Assembly: GCA_934486735.1 (NCBI GenBank)
Contig: CAKSQL010000005.1
Coordinates: forward strand, 22,644-86,643
Direction of reading: 5' to 3'
Source of the DNA: an uncultured Clostridia bacterium
GTDB taxonomy: Bacteria > Bacillota > Clostridia > UBA1381
DNA: 64,000 nucleotides
Shown here: piece after piece, positions 58,127 to 64,000 of the stretch
How positions within the stretch are numbered: the first letter of the stretch is position 1
Layout of the letters: each line of letters starts with the position of its first letter
The notes under the pieces: model-generated
What the model was told of the DNA's origin: nothing
The model's input: only the letters and a program-made list of their open reading frames with translations
Databases searched by the model: none
Translations under genes and position numbers: made by a program

Positions 58127-59071
58127 ATGCTGACTGACAAGAAGATAGTGACTGTCGGCGGCGGAACCGGATTATCCACAATGCTCAGGGGACTCAAAAA
58201 ATACACTCACAACATAACGGCGGTGGTAACGGTTGCGGACGACGGCGGTTCGAGCGGAATTTTGAGAGAGGATTTCGGCATGCTCGCGCCGGGCGATATC
58301 AGAAAATGCATTGCCGCGCTTGCCGAAACCAATCCGATTATAGACGAACTTATAAACTACCGATTCACCGAGGGCTGTCTGAAAGGACACCCGTTCGGGA
58401 ATCTTTATCTTGCCGCGCTGTGCGGAATTTCCGACAGCTTTGAAGAGGCTGTCATGAAAATGAATCAACTTTTTGGAGTCGAGGGCAGTATTCTGCCGGT
58501 AACAAACGACAATGTGCGGCTCAAAGCTACTCTCGATACCGGCGAGGTTATATCGGGCGAATCCAATATCGGTCACGTATCCTCCGGCAGGATAGAGCAC
58601 GTGGAAATCATCCCCAAAGACGCAGGTCCTGCCGAGAACGTGCTTGACGCGATAGCCGATGCCGACATGATTATTTTGGGTCCGGGCAGCCTTTACACAA
58701 GCGTTATCCCGAATCTTCTTGTGCGCGACATAAGTCCCGCAATCGCTGTGAGCAGCGCAAAAAAGGTTTATGTGGCAAATATCATGACTCAGCCCGACGA
58801 GACAATCGGTCACACACTGTACGACCACGTGGAAGCTATCGAGCGCCACGCGGGCTGCCATATAGTCGACACCGTTGTTGCCAACACACAGAAAATTCCG
58901 GATTTTCTTTTAGAAAAATATGCATTGGAGCACTCTGTTCCGGTGGAATTGGATATAGAAAAATTTATGGATTCGGACATCAACATTGTACTGCGCAGCC
59001 TGTGCGATTTTGACACATATATACGCCACAATCCGCAAAAGCTTGCAGAAACGCTTATGCGTTTATTATGA
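58127..59071 (+). CDS. yvcK: Gluconeogenesis factor YvcK (UDP-sugar-binding, CofD-like)
   Basis: VTVGGGTGLSTMLRGLK...ITAVVTVADDGGSSG. Confidence 0.9.
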   Translation: MLTDKKIVTVGGGTGLSTMLRGLKKYTHNITAVVTVADDGGSSGILREDFGMLAPGDIRKCIAALAETNPIIDELINYRFTEGCLKGHPFGNLYLAALCGISDSFEEAVMKMNQLFGVEGSILPVTNDNVRLKATLDTGEVISGESNIGHVSSGRIEHVEIIPKDAGPAENVLDAIADADMIILGPGSLYTSVIPNLLVRDISPAIAVSSAKKVYVANIMTQPDETIGHTLYDHVEAIERHAGCHIVDTVVANTQKIPDFLLEKYALEHSVPVELDIEKFMDSDINIVLRSLCDFDTYIRHNPQKLAETLMRLL

Positions 59072-59130
59072 CAGCAATGCGGATTTGTCGGAACCGGCTG
59101 CGGACAATGTTACTTTAGGGGGAACTTGAA

Positions 59131-59994
59131 TTGTCTTTTTCTTATGATATAAAAACAAAACTTTCGCAGATTATGCCCGATTGCGAATTTTGCAAAACCG
59201 CCGAACTGTGCGGAATAATCGACTTTGCCTCCGCTGTGAAGGACGGCAAAATCAGCCTTGCGACCGAAAATAAGGCTGCAGCAGAAAGAATTGAACGGCT
59301 TTTTGGAGAATGTCTCGGCTTTGTGCCGCAAAAAAAGAGTTTTTCCGGCGGCTGCCGCTTTGAAATAACAAACGAAAACGAGCTTGACATACTCAGCCTC
59401 AGCTCTGATGACGATGAATACTCAAAAATGCCCTTTGACTGCTGCAAAAAATCCTACATACGCGGCGCATTTATCGGCGGCGGATCAATATCTGACCCTA
59501 AAAAGAATTATCATCTCGAATTTGACACAAAAAATTCTTCCGCAGCAGACGAACTTCTCGGACTTTTGGAAAAAGAAGGTATCGCAGCAAAGAAAACGGC
59601 ACGCAAATCGCACTTCATTATCTATATCAAGGGATATGAGGAAATTGCCGCGGTTCTGGGGCTTATGGGCGCAGGGAGCGCGTCTATGGAGATATACAAC
59701 GTTTCGATCGAAAAGGAAATCCGAAACGCGGTCAACCGCCGTATGAACTGCGAAAACGCAAACATCGACAAGGTGGTAAAAGCATACGGCAGGCACATGC
59801 TTGCAATCGAAAAAATAAACAACACAATCGGCTTTGAAAACCTGCCCGAGTCGCTGCGTGAGATTGCCAGGGTCAGAATGGAATATCCCGATGAAAGCCT
59901 TAAAGAACTTGGGCAAAAGCTTGAAAATCCGATCGGCAAATCCGGCGTGAACCATCGTCTCAACCGCCTTTTGGAGATTGCCGACAAGCTGTAG
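59131..59994 (+). CDS. whiA: DNA-binding protein WhiA
   Basis: Position after rapZ-yvcK, a LAGLIDADG-like middle domain, and the C-terminal HTH SLKELGQKLENPIGKSGVNHRLNRLLEIA. The start codon is TTG. Confidence 0.9.
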   Translation: MSFSYDIKTKLSQIMPDCEFCKTAELCGIIDFASAVKDGKISLATENKAAAERIERLFGECLGFVPQKKSFSGGCRFEITNENELDILSLSSDDDEYSKMPFDCCKKSYIRGAFIGGGSISDPKKNYHLEFDTKNSSAADELLGLLEKEGIAAKKTARKSHFIIYIKGYEEIAAVLGLMGAGSASMEIYNVSIEKEIRNAVNRRMNCENANIDKVVKAYGRHMLAIEKINNTIGFENLPESLREIARVRMEYPDESLKELGQKLENPIGKSGVNHRLNRLLEIADKL

Positions 59995-60006
59995 AGGAGA
60001 GTTAGA

Positions 60007-60819
60007 ATGTACACTATGGCATTTATAGGTCCGAGCGGAACGGGCAAAAGCCACCGTTCGGTCACAATAGCAAACGAGCTGCACGCCGATGCTATAATCG
60101 ACGACGGCTTGCTTATATCAAAAAACAAGATTTTGGCAGGCTTTTCCGCAAAAAAAGAAGCCACAAAGATGGCGGCTGTCAAGCGTGCGCTTTTCACTCA
60201 AAAAGAGCATGTCGAAAGCGTAAAGGCGGCATTCGCCGAAAACGACATTAAAAGCCTTATGATTCTCGGCACATCGCTCCGAATGGCGGAGCTTATCGCA
60301 AACAAGCTTGATGTCGCGCCGATACAAAAAATTATACGAATCGAAGACGCCGCGACCCCGGAGGAAATCCGCGCTGCGCAGAAAATGCGCATGACCGAGG
60401 GCAAGCATGTCATCCCCGTCCCGGTGTTCGAGCTTAAAGAAGATTTTTCCGGATATTTTCTCCACCCGTTGCGTCAGATAAAAAAAAGTTTCGGCAAAAA
60501 TCCGGTGACGGCATACGATAAATCCATCGTCCGCCCCACCTTCAGCTATATGGGGAAATACACCGTTTCGGACGGTGTTGTGAGCAGCATCGCCGCATTT
60601 GAAGCAAAGCGGATTCAAGGTGTTCTGCGCGTGAACTCGGTCTCGGTCTCCACCTTTCCCGACGGCGCAAATATACAGATCTCGATAACACTTAAATACG
60701 GCTTGAAAATTCCCGACATTGCGCGCAATATTCAGAATATAATTATAAAGAGCGTGGATTACCACACCTCGGTAAATGTGAAAAGAGTTGACATTTTCGT
60801 TAAAAAGCTTAAATATTAA
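60007..60819 (+). CDS. Fusion protein: HprK-like P-loop domain + Asp23/Gls24-like C-terminal domain; function unknown
   Basis: The N-terminus AFIGPSGTGKSHRSVTIANELHADAIIDDGLLI parallels the in-window HprK segment [32 protein letters not shown]. The C-terminus VSDGVVSSIAAFEAKRIQGVLRV...VDIFVKKL is Asp23-like. Confidence 0.55.
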   Translation: MYTMAFIGPSGTGKSHRSVTIANELHADAIIDDGLLISKNKILAGFSAKKEATKMAAVKRALFTQKEHVESVKAAFAENDIKSLMILGTSLRMAELIANKLDVAPIQKIIRIEDAATPEEIRAAQKMRMTEGKHVIPVPVFELKEDFSGYFLHPLRQIKKSFGKNPVTAYDKSIVRPTFSYMGKYTVSDGVVSSIAAFEAKRIQGVLRVNSVSVSTFPDGANIQISITLKYGLKIPDIARNIQNIIIKSVDYHTSVNVKRVDIFVKKLKY

Positions 60820-60890
60820 TTACTATTTGTATTGACTTTTCGACAAAAAAATGATACAATATGAGTATATTAAAATACGGAGGTGGGTGT

Positions 60891-61316
60891 ATGGTTTATA
60901 TGTGGCTCGGTGCGGTCATTTTGTTCGCGGTCGTTGAAGTGATAACGACCCAGCTGGTGTCGATTTGGCTTGCCGGCGGCGCTTTGGCGGCATTCTGCGC
61001 ATCGCTTGCGGGCGCGGATGTTACGCTGCAATGGATCTTGTTTGTCGCGGTATCGGCGATACTTTTGATTCTTACAAAACCGCTTGTAAAAAAAATTATT
61101 AACCGCGAGCCGGAGAAAACAAATATCGACGCACAAATCGGAAAAACAACAATTGTCACTCAGAAAATTGACAATATCAAAGAAACCGGAGAGGTTCGCC
61201 TTAACGGGATTTCGTGGACGGCACGAAGCGAAAACGGTGAGCCGATTGACGAAGGCAGTCGCGTTTTGGTGGAAAAAATCGACGGCGTAAAGCTGATTGT
61301 CAAGAGCGTTCAATAA
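60891..61316 (+). CDS. NfeD-family membrane protein
   Basis: Three N-terminal TM segments plus a C-terminal OB-like soluble domain (GEVRLNGISWTARS). It lies upstream of an SPFH gene. The start is ATG 60891 after the SD GGAGGTG. Confidence 0.8.
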   Translation: MVYMWLGAVILFAVVEVITTQLVSIWLAGGALAAFCASLAGADVTLQWILFVAVSAILLILTKPLVKKIINREPEKTNIDAQIGKTTIVTQKIDNIKETGEVRLNGISWTARSENGEPIDEGSRVLVEKIDGVKLIVKSVQ

Positions 61317-61366
61317 ATATTTATAGTAAAAAAATAATTGCCTTACGGCAGAACGGAGTTAAAATT

Positions 61367-62263
61367 ATGCCTTTTATTATTATTTTGTTGGTTCTTATCA
61401 TTTTATTGTGCATATCATGCATTAAAATCGTACCGCAGGCGAATGCGTACATTATAGAGCGTTTGGGCGGATACTACGCAACCTGGAGCGTGGGAGTACA
61501 TTTCAAAGTTCCCTTTATCGACCGCATCGCAAGGCGCGTCAACTTAAAGGAGCACGTTGTTGACTTTCCGCCTCAGCCGGTTATCACCGAGGACAACGTT
61601 ACAATGCAGATAGACACCGTTGTGTACTATCAGATTACCGACCCGAAGTCATACACCTACGGCGTTGAGCGCCCGATGATGGCTATCGAAAATCTCACCG
61701 CAACCACGCTGAGAAACATTATCGGTGATTTGGAGCTTGACGAAACGCTCACATCGCGCGACACAGTCAACACAAAAATGCGCACAATTCTTGACGAAGC
61801 GACCGACCCGTGGGGAATCAAAATAAATCGTGTCGAGCTTAAAAATATTCTTCCGCCGCGTGAAATTCAGGAAGCGATGGAAAAGCAGATGAAAGCCGAG
61901 CGTGAACGCCGCGAATCGATACTTATCGCAGAGGGCAGCAAAAAATCCGCAATCCTCATGGCGGAGGGTGAAAAGGAATCGGCAATCCTGCGCGCAGAGG
62001 CTAAAAAGCAGGCTGCCATTAAAGAGGCTGAGGGTGAAGCCGAGGCTATTCTCGCCGTTCAGACAGCCGTTGCCGAGGGTATCAAAAAGATAAACGAGGC
62101 AAATCCGTCGGATGCATATATCTCGATGAAAGCTCTCGAAAGCTTTGAAAAGGCTGCCGACGGCAAGGCAACAAAAATAATTATACCGTCTCAGATTCAG
62201 GGGCTTGCAGGTCTTGCGGCATCATTAAAAGAAATGGTGACGAACGACAAAGAAAATAAATAA
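61367..62263 (+). CDS. SPFH/band-7 (stomatin-like) protein
   Basis: N-terminal TM, an SPFH core (IVPQANAYIIERLGGY...VVYYQITDP) and a coiled-coil EA-rich C-terminus. Confidence 0.9.
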   Translation: MPFIIILLVLIILLCISCIKIVPQANAYIIERLGGYYATWSVGVHFKVPFIDRIARRVNLKEHVVDFPPQPVITEDNVTMQIDTVVYYQITDPKSYTYGVERPMMAIENLTATTLRNIIGDLELDETLTSRDTVNTKMRTILDEATDPWGIKINRVELKNILPPREIQEAMEKQMKAERERRESILIAEGSKKSAILMAEGEKESAILRAEAKKQAAIKEAEGEAEAILAVQTAVAEGIKKINEANPSDAYISMKALESFEKAADGKATKIIIPSQIQGLAGLAASLKEMVTNDKENK

Positions 62264-62310
62264 TTGTTGCAGAAAATTTTTAAACTTTTTTTGCAATCGC
62301 TCAACCGAGA

Positions 62311-62345
62311 AACCGGCAGTCCTTGCACAAGCTGTCGGTTTTTTC
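62311..62345 (+). terminator. Intrinsic terminator
   Basis: Stem AACCGGCAG/CTGTCGGTT (one wobble) followed by TTTTTTC. Confidence 0.65.
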
Positions 62346-62407
62346 GGAACATAAAAGCAATGCCATGTTTCCATAAATTAACAAGTACGAAAGGAAAAAG
62401 TATCTAA

Positions 62408-62989
62408 ATGAAAGTTATAGCAGCGACCCACAACAAGGGCAAAATACGTGAATTTAACGAAATTTTGGGCAAGCTCGGATTTGAAGTCCTGCCCCCAAAC
62501 GAAGTCGGCATCGACATTGATCCGGAAGAAAACGGTTCAAACTTCGCGGAAAACGCGCTGATAAAGGCGCGCGCGGTTGCAAATCTTTGCGACTATCCGG
62601 TAATTGCCGATGATTCGGGACTGTGCGTTGACGCGCTCGGCGGCGCGCCGGGGATATTTTCGGCACGATATGCCGGAGAGGACGCGTCCGACTCGGACAG
62701 AATCAAAAAGCTTTTGCACGAGCTTGACGGAGTCTCGAACCGCCGCGCGAAATTTGTCTCGGCAATCGCGTTCATCATGCCGGACGGCGAGGAGCTTGTT
62801 ACGCATGGCGAGGTTTTGGGCAACATTACTCTTGCTCCCGACGGTGACTCCGGTTTCGGATATGACCCGATATTTTTGTCAGACGAACTGGGAAAAACCT
62901 TCGGCAGGGCATCGGCGGACGAGAAAAACAAAATCAGCCATCGCGGTCGTGCACTTTCGGCACTTTACGATATACTCGAAAAAAGATAA
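62408..62989 (+). CDS. rdgB: XTP/dITP diphosphatase (non-canonical purine NTP pyrophosphatase)
   Basis: MKVIAATHNKGKIREF...ADDSGLCVDALGGAPGIFSARY...FGYDPIF. Confidence 0.9.
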   Translation: MKVIAATHNKGKIREFNEILGKLGFEVLPPNEVGIDIDPEENGSNFAENALIKARAVANLCDYPVIADDSGLCVDALGGAPGIFSARYAGEDASDSDRIKKLLHELDGVSNRRAKFVSAIAFIMPDGEELVTHGEVLGNITLAPDGDSGFGYDPIFLSDELGKTFGRASADEKNKISHRGRALSALYDILEKR

Positions 62990-63012
62990 AATTTTAAAAG
63001 TGAGGTACAAAA

Positions 63013-63519
63013 ATGGATTATCACGCAGAACATCTTGTGAAAAAAAAGAGGACTCAGACAGACTATATAACGGCGGCGCTGATTGTTTTGGGAACTGTTA
63101 TTTTGTGGCTTGCCGCGATGATATTTCTGCAAAGGGTTCTTTCCTTTGCGGCTATCATAATTTTCCTTGTCGGCTGGGGCGCATGGCGTCTTATTCAGGG
63201 ACTTAACATCGAGTACGAATACGAGCTTACAAACTACTATCTCGACATTGACAAAATAATGGGAAAGGCACGCAGAAAAAGGCTTATTTCAATCGATTTC
63301 CGCGAGATTGAGCAATGCGCACCGGTGAGCGCTCCCGAATTTAAAAACACGCATGGGATTGAAAAAACCTATGATTACTCGGGCGATCCGACAGCTGAGG
63401 GACGCATGTTTATTGACCTGCATCCCGAGGGCAAGAGCAAAACCCGTATTATCTTCGCGCCGAGCGAGCAAATCAAACAGATTATAAAAAAAGCGGCGCC
63501 CAATCAGGTGAAGCTATGA
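63013..63519 (+). CDS. Hypothetical two-TM membrane protein
   Basis: Two adjacent hydrophobic helices (aa ~20-60) followed by a soluble C-terminal domain. Its stop overlaps the acpS start (ATGA). Confidence 0.5.
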   Translation: MDYHAEHLVKKKRTQTDYITAALIVLGTVILWLAAMIFLQRVLSFAAIIIFLVGWGAWRLIQGLNIEYEYELTNYYLDIDKIMGKARRKRLISIDFREIEQCAPVSAPEFKNTHGIEKTYDYSGDPTAEGRMFIDLHPEGKSKTRIIFAPSEQIKQIIKKAAPNQVKL

Positions 63520-63881
63520 TTTTGGGAATCGGGACGGACATAATCGAAATATCGAGAATAGAGCGGCTTATGAAAGAAAGCGGCTTTCTTTCGCGTTGCT
63601 TTACCGATGCCGAACGCGAATATATCGGCAGCAGCGCTCAGTCCGCAGCCGCAATGTACGCTGCGAAAGAGGCATATTCAAAGGCGCTCGGAACGGGAGT
63701 ACGCGGCTTTTCGCTGATTGATATAGAAATACTGCATGATTCCCTGAACAAACCGTATATTAAAGCATATAATGCTGCGCTGCGCGAGAATTGCAATATT
63801 CTTCTTTCGCTCTCGCACTGCCGTGAATATGCCGTAGCATATGTTGTTATTGAAAAAATTCCGAATCCAAAGGAGGAATGA
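63516..63881 (+). CDS. acpS: Holo-[acyl-carrier-protein] synthase
   Basis: MILGIGTDIIEISRIE...FTDAEREY...AAKEAYSKALGTG. Confidence 0.9.
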   Translation: MILGIGTDIIEISRIERLMKESGFLSRCFTDAEREYIGSSAQSAAAMYAAKEAYSKALGTGVRGFSLIDIEILHDSLNKPYIKAYNAALRENCNILLSLSHCREYAVAYVVIEKIPNPKEE

Positions 63882-63885
63882 CACA

Positions 63886-64000
63886 ATGAAAGTCTGTACT
63901 GCCGCACAAATGCACGAAATTGACCGCCGCGCATCGGAAATCGGCGGAATCCCGAGCATTGTGCTTATGGAAAATGCCGCCCTGGCATGCGTAAACGAAA
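63886..64000 (+). CDS. nnr: NAD(P)H-hydrate epimerase/dehydratase, N-terminal part; the gene runs off the right edge
   Basis: Hand translation from ATG 63886 (SD AGGAGGAA) gives MKVCTAAQMHEIDRRASEIGGIPSIVLMENAALACVNE, a YjeF_N-type N-terminus. Confidence 0.7.
   Translation, partial: MKVCTAAQMHEIDRRASEIGGIPSIVLMENAALACVNE

Noticed and set aside
1-64000. A search by eye for CRISPR arrays, tRNA/rRNA genes, integrases/transposases, prophage, toxin-antitoxin pairs and known defence-system genes.
   Set aside because: I found no regularly spaced short direct repeats, no cloverleaf-like or rRNA-like segments in the intergenic regions, and no ORF with recombinase, nuclease, RT or defence motifs. tRNAscan-SE, Infernal, CRISPRCasFinder, and DefenseFinder or PADLOC would be the decisive checks.

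Overview
This is a 64-kb chromosomal window from a spore-forming Clostridia-class Firmicute. The diagnostic genes are spoIIP, the SCIFF pair scfA/scfB, yajC-rpmB, hprK-murB-rapZ-yvcK-whiA and SLH wall proteins. TTG/GTG starts are frequent and Shine-Dalgarno (SD) sites are strong GGAGG-type. The window has three zones. (i) 3.6-26.4 kb is an accessory glycan-utilisation locus, almost entirely on the minus strand. It holds a sugar ABC importer (SBP plus 2 permeases) followed by six signal-peptide proteins of 538-1218 aa. Two of the six are SLH-anchored, two contain clan GH-A-like TIM barrels, and four share a repeated ~200-aa lectin-like module. A divergent two-TM AraC sensor-regulator and a cytoplasmic Asp-box propeller flank the locus. 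(ii) 26.8-34.4 kb holds a heterodimeric ABC exporter pair, an orphan SigB/F/G-type sigma factor with a membrane protein, and PTS enzyme I. A copy of a 150-270-bp TIR (MITE-like) element flanks each of these two blocks. (iii) 34.5-64 kb is housekeeping: ung-polA, uvrBA with a LexA-like box, the SCIFF RiPP pair, the envelope/whiA cluster, NfeD-SPFH, rdgB, acpS and nnr. A second, unrelated ~300-nt highly structured repeat occurs twice (9983..10288 and 45145..45449). Each copy forms the 5' leader, RBS and first codons of a minus-strand gene. I found no rRNA, tRNA, CRISPR array, transposase, integrase, phage or recognisable defence gene by eye. All functional calls come from motif recognition in the supplied translations and hand analysis of the DNA. 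No database search was possible.
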